DNA from: the human T2T-CHM13v2.0 reference genome, Homo sapiens
Direction: 5' to 3' (one strand)
Length of the DNA: 64,000 nucleotides
Assembly: GCF_009914755.1 (NCBI RefSeq)
Contig: NC_060927.1
A program made the translations under genes and the position numbers. Below, piece by piece: positions 12,889-24,315 of the stretch. The notes beneath the pieces are model-generated. The model did not search any database and had not been told where the DNA came from. It saw only the letters and a list, made by a program, of their open reading frames with translations. How positions within the stretch are numbered: the first letter of the stretch is position 1; the number at the start of each line of letters is the position of its first letter.

Positions 12889-12991
12889 CCTCTCTCATAC
12901 CCCCAGCTTGCACCAAGTCCCTTCCCCTCTCTCATACCCCCAGCTTGCACCAAGTCCCTTCCCCTCTCTCATACCCCCAGCTTGCACCAAG
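12889..12991. repeat. 37-bp tandem repeat, ~2.8 identical copies
   Basis: Unit CCTCTCTCATACCCCCAGCTTGCACCAAGTCCCTTCC starts at 12889, 12926 and 12963. Confidence 0.95.
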
Positions 12992-13208
12992 CCTGTTCCT
13001 TCTGCACACCCTCACAATCTTCCCTGTGAAAATTTATTCCCTTCTTCAAAGTTTGTCTTAATTTCTATTTATTTCATAATGTATTTTGTGCATATTCACT
13101 TATGAGTTTCTGTTCACCTACTAGACCCTACTACTTAAAGTGAAATGCATAGAATAATACAAAATGTGGGGCCCACATCAGTCCTACTAAATGAGAATCT
13201 GCATTTTA

Positions 13209-14686
13209 TTTATTTTTATTGTTTCAATAGTTTTGGGGGAACGTGGTTTTTGGTTACATGGATACGTTTTTTAATGCTGATTTCTGGGATTCTGGTGCAC
13301 CCATCACCTAAGCAGTCCACACTGTAACCCAAAAGTGAGTAGTCTTTTATCTCTCACTTCCCAACCACTCTTCCCCTTGAGTGTCCAAAGTCCATATATC
13401 ATTCTTATGCCTTTGAGTCCACATAGCTTAGCTCCCACTTACAAGTAAGAATATACCATATTTGATTTTCCATTCCTGAGTTATTTCTCTTAAAATAATG
13501 GTCTCCAATTCCACCCAGGTTGCTGCAAATGCCATTATTTCTTTCCTTTTTATGGCTGAGTAGTATCCCATTGTGTATATACACCACATTTTCTTTTTTT
13601 TTTTTTATGGTGAAATGGTACTTTTATATTGGACCCTACCTTTTCCCACCCAATTCAGTTTGAGACAGAGCAACAGAGGCACTGTAAGGGACTATGGCTG
13701 TCTTCCTCGATATTCAGACATCCTAGTTTCCAATAATTTGTTATGTACCTGTTACCCATGAATCGATATAAACCTATTCATATTTAGGGATTAGTTTCCA
13801 CAAGTACTAAGTTGAATTTCCTTTTATTTGTCCTAAAATGCTTACTTTCAAACTTGAAGGGACTTCAATTATTCCATGTAGTTTTCAATAACATTCTTTT
13901 ATCTTTTCAGACCAGAGTCAAAATATTCGTACAGTATTCATACTGCAGCACCTTCCACACACCCTTTGGTCTCTTGAACTGCCCTTCTTTGGTTCCTTTT
14001 CCACTTTCAGATCTTTCTTGAAGTCTAGTAAGCAGAACTGTACTGGGTATTCCAGCTGCAGTTTGGTCTGTCATTGTTGGAATGACTTCTGCTACTCCAT
14101 GGTCTTCCAGCTGGTCTATTTCTAGGATTATATGATCTTCTTTTTTAAATTTTTTTTTATTTTTTATTGTGTTTTTTAATTTTTTTATTATTTATTTTAT
14201 TATACTTTAAGTTCTAGGGTACATGTGCACAACGTGCAGGTTTGTTACATATGTATACATGTGACATGTTGGTGTGCTGCACCCATTAACTTGTCATTTA
14301 GCGTTAGGTATATCTCCTAATGCTATCCCTCCCCACTCCCCCACCCCACGACAGGCTCCAGTGTGTGATGTTCCCTGCCCTGTGTCCATGTGTTCTCATT
14401 GTTCAATTCCCACCTATGAGTGAGAACATGCAGTGTTTGGTTTTCTGTCCTTGTGATAGTTTGCTCAGAATGATGGTTTCCAGCTTCATCCATGTCCCTA
14501 CAAAGGACATGAACTCATCCTTTTTTATGGCTGCATAGTATTCCATGGAATATACACCACATTATCCACTATGTTGGTTGATGGGCACATAAGCTGATTC
14601 CATATTTTTGCATTTGTGAATTGTGTTACTATAAACATATGTATACAAGTGTCTTTTTCATATAATGACTTCTTTTCCTTTGGGTA
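13209..14686 (-). mobile_element. L1PB 3' end, interrupted by a younger insertion at 13591-14549
   Basis: Antisense L1PB-type 3'UTR at 13209-13590 resumes at 14564-14686; TSD AGAATCTG(C/T)ATTTTA at 13194-13208 and 14687-14701. Confidence 0.85.
13591..14549 (-). mobile_element. 5'-truncated L1PA with ~530-bp 3' transduction
   Basis: Poly-T at 13591-13606, non-L1 sequence to ~14140, a second T-rich tail, then L1PA 3'UTR to 14548; shared TSD ATATACACCACATT at 13577-13590 and 14550-14563. Confidence 0.85.
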
Positions 14687-14701
14687 AGAATCTGTATTTT
14701 A

Positions 14702-14942
14702 ACAAGAACTCAAGGTGATTTGTGAACACATTCAATTTGAGAAGCATGGATCTAATCCAGTGGTTCCCAAGGTGTGATCCCAAGAGTACAACTGTAGCAC
14801 CTGGGAATAGTATTAGAAATGCAAATTCTCAGGTCCACATGTGTACTATTGAATTTAAAAACTTGAAGTTGTAGTTCAACAATCTGTATTTTAACACAGT
14901 TAACAGGGAATTCTGATGCACATGGAAGTTTGAAAACCTGAC
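14702..14942 (+). mobile_element. Distal half of the split MER5 (to ~14750) plus a second MER5A (~14759-14942)
   Basis: aacaagaactcaaggtgatt...tttgagaagcatg, then CAGTGGTTCCCAAGGTGTG...ttctgatgcacatggaagtttgaaaac. Confidence 0.75.
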
Positions 14943-16889
14943 CATACAACTGACAAGGGGAGGGGTTGTCTTGTTAATTTTGGTATTCTCTGTAGGTGTA
15001 GGGTATGCGTTTTACAAATGCATAGGAAGTGACCGAGCAAATGGATGAATGAATGAGTGAAGGACGCTCTTGCTTATCTCACAGATAATATGTATTGTTT
15101 TCTTCTCTGATACAACTTTATACTTCACATATGGTATTTACATTTACTTACTTCAATGACTAAACTTTTAATTATTTCTGGATATACATTATAGCTAACA
15201 TTGAGTCATGTATATTATAAATATTCAATAAATGTCTAATTTGATTGAAATAATTCTATTATACATTCTTCTACTTTTGGTCCCACCCCCACCACCATAC
15301 ACCTTTCCCTTTCATGACACATTGCTTCAGGCCAAGTGAAGGAACAAACACAAGATATAAGGCAGGTGGGAATCTGACCTATAGAGATTTGTCTTCTCAT
15401 AATAACAAAAATACATCTTAAAAACAAAGTCGAAAATAAAAGTGAGAAAAGCAAATAAATCTGGTTTGAGGCTACACGTAGTTGCTGGCCACACCCATAA
15501 TTTATTCTTTTATAAAATGCCTTTGGTTGCCATGTTGAATCATGTGAGAACATGTGGAGTGCAAACACTGTTGGAAACAAAGGGAGCTTGGGTCTGAAAT
15601 AGGCTTTTCCAGTCATAAGAGAATGCCACGATTTTCATTGCTCAAAGCATGCTGCTTAGTTTCAACCAGTGAAATGAAATCGTCAGGCTGGGTAACTAAT
15701 GGTGACTCTTGGCAGCAGTGTTTTGTGGATCCTTTTCATTGAACAGGGACAGACTATAAATAATAGCATTTGTTTAGCACGTTGTCGCTTCCAAGAACTC
15801 CAACAGCCTTAACAAATAGACATCAGTGTTCTTTGCCAGCTCACAGGTGGTTAGTTTTTAATACCCGGTAAGGAGGGTTGCTATAAGTAGATAGCAACAC
15901 GAATGCTGATGAGGTCCTTCAGTTTAAGACCTTAGGCTAACAGTGACTATTTTGTCATTCTAGGCTTTTCTTAATTAGTCATACCCTAAACCAGTAGGTC
16001 TTCCCTGGGGCACTAAAAATGTCCAAAAGTATGAATATCTGCGTTAAGGCAATGATTGATTAATATATCTAAGTTTCGTGATGAACAGTTGACCAAAGTC
16101 ACTAAATATGACTCATATTTCAGCAACCTACCTCTAAGATGGTCCAACTCAACAGGTCCTCCTCTGGTGCCTTCTTCAGTCATACACAATGATCCAGTGG
16201 GTTGACAGAGGATCCGTTGATTATATTTATCTGGAAAGCCATTGCAAGCTCTACGTGGATTGTTTTTAGGGAGATGGGGGGATATCTCTCAGGAAACCTG
16301 ACATCCCTTTTTTCGGTTACGTCATGCTATAAGATACGCAAGCTGTCTGGTCATTGTGTATGCAGCCCTTGTAGGAAGACCGAAGCCAAATTATCAAAGA
16401 ACATTGTCTTAAAGAAAAAAAAAGTAAAACAAACCTCTACCCTGCCTTCTCCCATCCATCGCTATAGATGTTTCCATGAATAGAAAATTTAGTATTAAAA
16501 ATCATGAGATTCAAAACAAGTGACTAAAAAGTTTGCGTACATTTTAAAGATAATGTTATTTATTTCACTTGCAATGGAAATGTTGCTTCTTTTGAAAGCA
16601 ATCACTATTAAGAGAGCCTATGATATAGACTGTATTTCATAACTAAGATTAAAGATTTCACATAGAAAGATTAAATAAACGAATTTCAAAAGATTTTACA
16701 GTAATGTTTTTTAAAGATATGTTATTACAACTGGTTACTCCAGTAGAAGTATGTAGGCTCTGTAATTTTAAGAAAGCATATTTATAATATAGTTTTAAAC
16801 ATTTAAAGAAACCAAAAATAAAGAACAAGAAGTAATGGAAGAGGAGGAAAGTCTTTAAATGGTAGTGTGTGTTCGAATGCCATGGCCCC

Positions 16890-17166
16890 ATATTTATTGC
16901 AACCTGACCCCCTTCCCTTCACACATTCTCAATTCCTAGTTTCTTATTTATGTTATTTTGTCCATATAACACACATCACCTTTGAAAATACAATTTAGTT
17001 TACTTTTTTATTATGCTTATTGTTTCTTATCTGTCTCTTCACTTTGGAAAGTAAGCTCCATGGAGGACAGACATTTGTCTACTTTGTGCCCCAATTCATC
17101 CCAAGCACCTAGGCCACAGGCTGGCACACAGAGGTGCTCAGTCAATAACTACTGACTGAATGAATT
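16890..17166 (+). mobile_element. L2 3' end
   Basis: gtaagctccatggaggacag...ctggcacacagaggtgctcagt...tgaatgaat. Confidence 0.8.
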
Positions 17167-17889
17167 ACGGAGAAATCATTAATAAATAATTCTTGGTACA
17201 TTTACTTATATTGCTTTTCCTGACCACTGGGATACAATTTCTTTTAAATGAGTGAAAAACAAGCTTATTGAAAAAAAGAAACTTTTCTCTCTCATTAGGA
17301 TAAATGAATCTTAACAGGATTGAGTAATTAACTCCAAATCACAAAGCTGGTTAGTGGGAGAACCAAGACTTAATAGCCAGAATGTCACACTCAGAATTCA
17401 GTGTTCTTCCTAAATCTTACCATTATCCTGTTTATACGTCTAGATATCTTGTTTGCTCAAATCCCTCATAGTCGTTTAGGACTTTGTCATGTAAAACCAT
17501 TTCACATATAGTATTTGAGCCATAGAACTATTATTAGTTTCATTTTATAGATAAACTGAAGGTTAGAGTGTTAATGACTTGCTGAAGATCACATAGATGC
17601 CTAATTAATGGCAAAGGCAGGATTAAATTCCTGGAATCTAATCAAATAGCCTTGTTGTTATTACATAGTTCTCTCTAGTTACTGTTCATTTTAAAAATGT
17701 ACTAAGCACCATCTATGGGCTAAGCCTTATACCAGGCACTAGTTAGCAAAAAGTTATTCATGCTATTATGGAAGTGTATCTTCAGTCCATAAATGAACAC
17801 ATGATATATTGGGTGGTGGTAAGTCTCTGCATAAAAATGAGGAAAATAACAGATATATACAGAGATAATGAAAGGGTTGAAAACGATGC

Positions 17890-18314
17890 TATTCACAATA
17901 GCAAAGAAATGGAATCAACATAAATGCCCATCAATGGTAGACTGGACACCATGGAACACTATGCAGCGTAAAAAAGAATGAGATCATGTCGTTTGCAGGA
18001 ACGTGGATAGAACTGGAGGCTATTATTCTTAGCAAACTGATGCAGGAATAGAAAACCAAATAGCATTATGTTTCACTCATAAGTGGAAACTAAATGATGA
18101 GAACGCGTGGACACAGAAATGGAAACAACAGACACTGGGACCAATTGAAGGATAGAGGGTGAGAGGAAGGAGAGGATCAAAAAATAATAATTAATGAGTG
18201 CTAGGCTTAATACCTGGATGATGAAATAATATTTACAGCAGAGCCCTGTGACATGAGTCTACCTATACAACCAACTTGCACATGTACCCCCAAACTTAAA
18301 AGTTAAAAAGAAAG
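17890..18314 (+). mobile_element. 5'-truncated old L1PA 3' end inside an antisense L2
   Basis: Sense L1 3'UTR with A-rich end; degenerate TSD GAAAAC(GA/AG)TGCTAT at 17879-17892 and 18315-18328. Confidence 0.85.
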
Positions 18315-19048
18315 GAAAACAGTGCTATATTAACTGGGATGGTCATCTAATAAGGCCTGTCAGATTAAGAGACTCAATGAATTCAACTGCATTTTAGAGA
18401 TCTGAGCGACATGGATCTGAGGGGAATGAGGATGGAACTTGGTAGAGAAAGAGCATTCCAGACAAGGAGTGTAAGATCAGAGTGGCTGGAACAGAGTGAA
18501 TAAGAACAGGGAAATAGGAGAAGAGAGCAACTGATAAGGAACAGGGATGTGACGTGTAGGTAAAAGTAATGATTAATTTTTTTTCAAAGGATTTTATTGT
18601 CTCATATTTTAAAGAATGACTTTGACTCTATGCTGTGTAGGAAATAAATGTATAGACCAAGTTTAGGGGCTATTGTTCTATATGAGAATTTATGGTGCTA
18701 TGTACTAAGGTGGGGAAGCATGGTAGCATCAAGCACACATTTCAAAAGTTGACCAATGGAATAGTTGACGTTTACAGAGATTGACCTCACTTAATTCTTG
18801 GGTGTCATCCATAGGAGGGCATCTGGTTTTCACAGCATGGCATTACCTTACCTGAGTGAATATATGTCAATCCAAAGCTGGTTCTCAGCTTAGAGAACTT
18901 GGAAGCCTGATATGTCCGCAAAAGATCAATTTCTTGTTTAACAAAACACTCAAAGATTGATATATGAGAAGGAGAAAACCAATAAATGCATTACCTCTTA
19001 CAATAAGAAATGTAATTTATCTTGAATAAGCTTCTGTTGATTGATGAG

Positions 19049-21704
19049 TGATATGGTTTGGCTGTGTCCCCCGCCCCAAATCTCATCTTGAATTGTAGTT
19101 CCCATAATCCCCATCTGTTATGAGATGAACCAGGTGGAGAAGATTGAATCATGGGGGCAGTTTCCCCCATCCTGTTCTCATGATAGTGAGTTCTTATGAG
19201 ATCTGATGGTTTTATAAGGGGCTTCCCACTTCACTGGACACTCTTTCTTCTCCTTCCTGCCACCATGTGAAGAAGGATGCATTTGCTTCCCATTCTGCCA
19301 TGATTGTAAGAGTCCAAAGGCCTCCCCAGCCATGCTGAACTGTGAGTCAATTAAAACTATTTCCTTTATAAATTAACCAAATCTCAGGTATGTCTTTATT
19401 AGCAATGTGAGAATAGACAAGTACACTAAATTGAAACCAGAAGTGGGGTGCTGCTATTAGGATAGCCAAAAATGTGGAAGCGACTTTGGAGCTGGGTAAC
19501 AGGCAGAGGCTGGAACAGTTTGGAGGACTCAGACAAAGACAGGAAAATGGGAGAAAGTTTGGAACTTCCTAGAGATCCGGAGGGCTCAGAAGACAGGAAG
19601 ATGTGGGAAGGTTTGGAACTTTCTGGAGACTTGTTGAATGGCTTTGACCAAAATGCTGATAGTGATATGGACAGTGAAGTCCAGGCTGAGGTGGTCTTAG
19701 ATAGAGATGAGGAACTTGTTAGGAACTGTAATAGAAGTGACTCTTGCTTTGCTTTAGCAAAGAGACTGGCAGCATTTTGCCCTGCCCTAGAGATCTGTGT
19801 GACATTGAACTTGAGAGAGATTATTTAGGGTATCTAGCAGAAGAAATTTCTAACTGGCAAAGTGTCCAAGAGGAAGCAGAACATAAAAGTTTAGAAAATT
19901 TGCAGCCTGGTGATGTAATAGAAAAGAAAAACCTGGCAGAGCCAGGTGCAGTGGCTCACACCTGTAATCCCAGCACTTTGGGAGGCCAAGGCAGGCGGAT
20001 AACTTGAGGTCAGGAGTTCAAGACCAGCCTGGCCAACATGGTGAAATCCAATCTCTTCTAAAAATACGAAAATTAGCTGGGCATGGTGGCAGAAGCTTGT
20101 AATCTCAGCTACTTAGGAGGCTGAATCAGGAGAATCGGTTGAACCCAGGAGGCAGAGGTTGCAGTGAGCTGAGATTATTCCACTGCATTTCAGCCTGGGC
20201 AACAGAGTGAGATTCCATATCAAAAAAAAAAAAAAAAGTAAAGCAAAGAAAAACCCATTTTGGGGGGAGAAATTCAGGCCCAAGCTGGCTGCAGAAATTT
20301 GCATAAGTAACGAGGAGCCGAATGTTAATCACTGAAACAATGGGGAAAATGTCTCCAGGGCACATCAGAGACATTCACAGCAGCCCCTTGCATCATGGGC
20401 TGGGAGGCCTAGGAGGGAAAAAATGGTTTCCTGGGCTGAGTCCAGGGCCCCCTGCTCTGTGCAGCCTCGGGACATGGTGCTCTGCGTCCCAGATGCTTCA
20501 GCTCCAGCTGTGGCTAAAAGGGGAAAAGGTACAGCTAAGGCTATTGCTTCAGAGGGTGCAAGCTCCAAGCTTTGGCAGCTTCCACATGTTGTTGGTCCTG
20601 TTGGTGCTCATAAGACAAGAATTAGGGTTTGGGAACCTCCACCTAGATTTAAGAGGACGTGTGGAAACGCCTGGATGTCCGAGCAGAAGTTTGCTGCAGG
20701 AGTAGAGCCTCATGGAGAACCTCTGGCAGAGTGGAAGGGAAATGTGGGGTTGGAGCTCCCACACAACATCTTCACTGGGCCACTGCCTAGTGGAGCTGTG
20801 AGAGGAGGACCCAAAATGGTAGATCTACTTACAGCTTGCATAGTGCACCTAGATAAACCACAGACACTCAACCCCAACCATGAAGGCAGCCAGGAGGGGG
20901 GCTGTACCCTGCAAAGCCACAAGGTGGAGCTGTCCAAATCCATGGGAGCCCACCTCTTGTATCAGCGTGTCCTGGATGTGAGACATAAAGTCAAGGAGAT
21001 CATTTTGGAACTTTCAGATTTAAGGACTGCCCTGTTGGATTTCAACCTTGCATGGGGCCTATAGCTCCATTGTTTTGGCCAATTTCTCCCATTTGAAATG
21101 GGTGTATTTACCCAATGCCTGTACCCTTATTGTATCTAGGAAGTAACTAGCTTGCTTTTAATTTTACAGGCTCATAGGCAGAAGGGACTTGCCTTGTCTC
21201 AGATGAGACTTTGGGCTTGGACTTTTGGGTTAATGCTAGAATGAGTTAAGACTTTGGAGGACTGTTGAAAAGTCATGATTGTGTTTTGAATTGTAAGAAC
21301 ATGAGATTTTGGAGGGGCACAGTGCAGAATGATATGGTTTGGCTGTGTCCCTACTCAAATGTCATCTTGAATTTTAGTTCCCATAATCCCCACGTGTCAT
21401 GGGAGGGATCAGGTGGAGATAATTGAATCATGGGAGCAGTTTCCCCCATCCTGTTCTCATGATAGTGAGTTTGTTTTCATGAGATCTGATGGTTTTATAA
21501 AGGGTTTGCCACTTTGCTGGGCGCTCATTCTTCTCCTTCCTGTCACCATGTGAAGAAAGATATGTTTGCTTCTCCTACTGCCATGACTGTAGGTTTCCTG
21601 AGGACTCCCAGCCATGTGGAACTGAGTCAATTAAACCTCTTTCCTTTATAAATTATTCAGTCTCAGGCATGTCTTTATTAGCAGTGTGATAATGGACTAA
21701 TATA
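19049..21704 (+). mobile_element. Two-LTR THE1 (THE1C/D-like) MaLR retrotransposon: 5' LTR 19049-19425, internal region, 3' LTR 21330-21704
   Basis: Both LTRs start TGATATGGTTTGGCTGTGTCCC; typical THE1 internal sequence; 5-bp TSD ATGAG (19044-19048) / ATCAG (21705-21709). Confidence 0.93.
19940..20245 (+). mobile_element. AluS inserted in the THE1 internal region
   Basis: Full dimer with poly-A; AAAGAAAAACC on both sides. Confidence 0.95.
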
Positions 21705-24020
21705 ATCAGCATGTTCTTTTTCTATAGATATAGAGGACAGAAAATTAGGTCCAGAATGTTGCCAGATAAGTATGGCATCGCAGAAAATAGGAAATAAATG
21801 GAGAATTTAATAGCATGATTCATCCATCTACCTATAGCTAATTCCATAAAGATATACCTATTAAAAGGACCATACAGTTACTCATGTTCTTGGTCCAGAA
21901 AATACATATGCCAGGACAGAGTGGGAGAACCTAGAGTCAGGATATCTCTTTCTCTCTTGTGGTTTCTCGACACTGACCAAAGACCAAAACATCCTCCAAC
22001 AGCCTGACTAGCACATTTGTACTTTAGATATGTTAATATATTTGATAGGTTTCATTCTATTTTTAACCTGAAATTAATCCATCTGTTTGATGACTTTGTC
22101 AATCAGATCCAGTGTTTATATATTTTTCACTCATGAGGACAATCAATCTTATTTCTCAGTTTCTATGTTGTAACCATTATATGTCACAATTATAAACTAT
22201 GTTATGTAATTTTCCTAGATTTCTACTAAGTAGACTTATCTGCTAATTTCAGCTGGTTGTACCAAAACAAGTGCAGTCTCTTTTCAAATTTTAGTACCTG
22301 CTTTTGCTTTTTGTTTTAAATTACTCTACTTAAACTAATTTTCCTCATGTGTCAGTTGAGTCAACCTAAAACTAGACCTTTGTGAATATATGGCACTCAA
22401 TCTTTCATAAACTGCAATTGTTAACCAAAGATTCAGTCAGTATTTAATTTTCTTAAAGCTTTTCTCACAAACCATATTTAACTTATAATAAAGGTGCTTG
22501 TCTAGTTTTCCATAATCTTTATATGTTTAAGGGATTAAATCTAAACAGATTTCTTACTGTTTGTTATCTTAGCACCAAACCAGTGTTAGAGAGAAGCATC
22601 TTGAGTGTTTCATGGGGTCCTAAGTGCTTAGGGGAGAAATAATTGAATTTCAATTCATCTTCCACTATGGCTGAAGAGATTTAAAGATTCAAATAATGAC
22701 TAGAACCTCTCTCTTCATGCATTTATGTTATTCTCAGTAAATACTGTATACCTAGTCTCCCATTTATTTGTGAGACAAGTTTGTACTTATTAGCCTAAGC
22801 TGAGAAAACATGTATCTCATTTGCCAGTAAAATGTCTTAAAGACAAAACCAGTTGAAGTATCCCACTAAACATTTGAAACAAACATTTAAGTAAAAGAAT
22901 GTTAATACCAAGCCTTTTGTAAAAAAAAAAAAGAAAAATTGCAATCATTACAAATAATCAAAATGGCAGGACTCATGGCAGAATGAAAAAAATATATAGA
23001 TTATTAAACTGAAATGTATGTGAAAAAATCCATTTTCTTCCACAGGCTATAGGACAAGAAAACCAGTCTGGCTTTAGATTAACTAATTATTTTGTTTACT
23101 GGCTTTGATATTAGAACTAAAGAAGCTCATGTTACTATTTAGGAATTTTACTAAGGAGTAAAAAATAAACACATTTTTGATGTTATACTTTTATTATTGC
23201 ATTAATTAATTTTAAGAAGTACTTTTCAATGGAATCTTTGTGGTAGAGATGTATTACCAATGTTTACCTTGGGATAGCCTGGGGTTTTCAGATATGCTAA
23301 TGTTATAATGGCTTTTTACAAAAATATATTTAAAAACCCTAAAAAATGATTAATGGAATATGCAAGCTGAAAAAAATCTATTAATTACAAAGCCCTTTTA
23401 CATATGTATGAATGACCCAGTTATGTAGAAATTTTTGTGTGTGCTGAGTTTCACTCAGATTTCAACATAAAATCTCCTGGCTCAACTATTTTGCCATGTC
23501 ATTTTATTTTCCATTGTAACATGCCCTCAATGTAATGTCTTGTTCAATGTGTTGAGCTGGAAGGGATTTTAATTAGGTTAGAGGAGAGAAGCCAAATTTT
23601 AGGTTTTGCATTCCACTGAGAACACCTGGATGGAAATATCACGGAACAGTTCTTGAACTATATAGGACTCTGCAGTGACTACTGCAGTGCTGTTAAGTCT
23701 TGATCATCGGTTAGAAAGAAACGCCATAATTAATCTCTTTATGGACTCACAGAATTTGGGAGAATAAAAGGAAGACTGGAGATCATTTTTGTTTATTTTT
23801 AGTCTATTGGAACACAATGTAAATGAAAATTGAGATCTCTGCTTCTATAAAAGTTTTAAAAAATTATTTTAGGAGACTTCTTGGTTAGCCCTAAAATGCA
23901 AGGAGCTTGGAGGTTGTCACTCCTCTTACGACAAGAAAAAGCTGGACAAATCAATAACTTTTTTTGAACCCACCAGAAAACAGAGACTGTAGGATGAATG
24001 GCCACAAACAAATCTGGAGA

Positions 24021-24315
24021 GTGGGCGTGGTGGCTCACATCCCTAATCTCAGCACTTTGGGAGGCCGAGGCAGGTGCATCACCTGAGGTCAAGAGTTCGA
24101 GGCCAGGCTGGCCAACATGGCAAAACCCCATCTCTACTAAAAATACAAAAATTAGCTGGGCATGGCACATGCCTGTAGTCCCAGCTACTTGGGAGGCTGA
24201 GGAAAGAGAATTGCTTGAACCCAGGAGGTGGAGGTTGCAGTGAGGCGAGCTCATGTCACTGGACTCCAGCCTGGGCGACAGAGTGAGACTCTGTCTCAAA
24301 AAAAAAGAAAAAATA
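24021..24315 (+). mobile_element. AluS
   Basis: Dimer; TSD AAA(C/T)AAATCTGGAGA at 24006-24020 and 24316-24330. Confidence 0.95.

Noticed and set aside
12889-12991. Direct repeats of CRISPR-like length
   Set aside because: Head-to-tail with no spacers, no cas genes, and primate DNA.
12675-13105. Three overlapping ORFs with repeated peptides
   Set aside because: Produced by the stop-free 37-bp tandem repeat.
19520-19632. ~55-bp imperfect tandem duplication in the THE1 internal region
   Set aside because: I recall this as a THE1 subfamily consensus trait rather than locus-specific; not verified.
19472-21064. ORFs of 118-213 aa, the longest in the track
   Set aside because: Fragments of the decayed THE1 internal region, broken by stops and an Alu.
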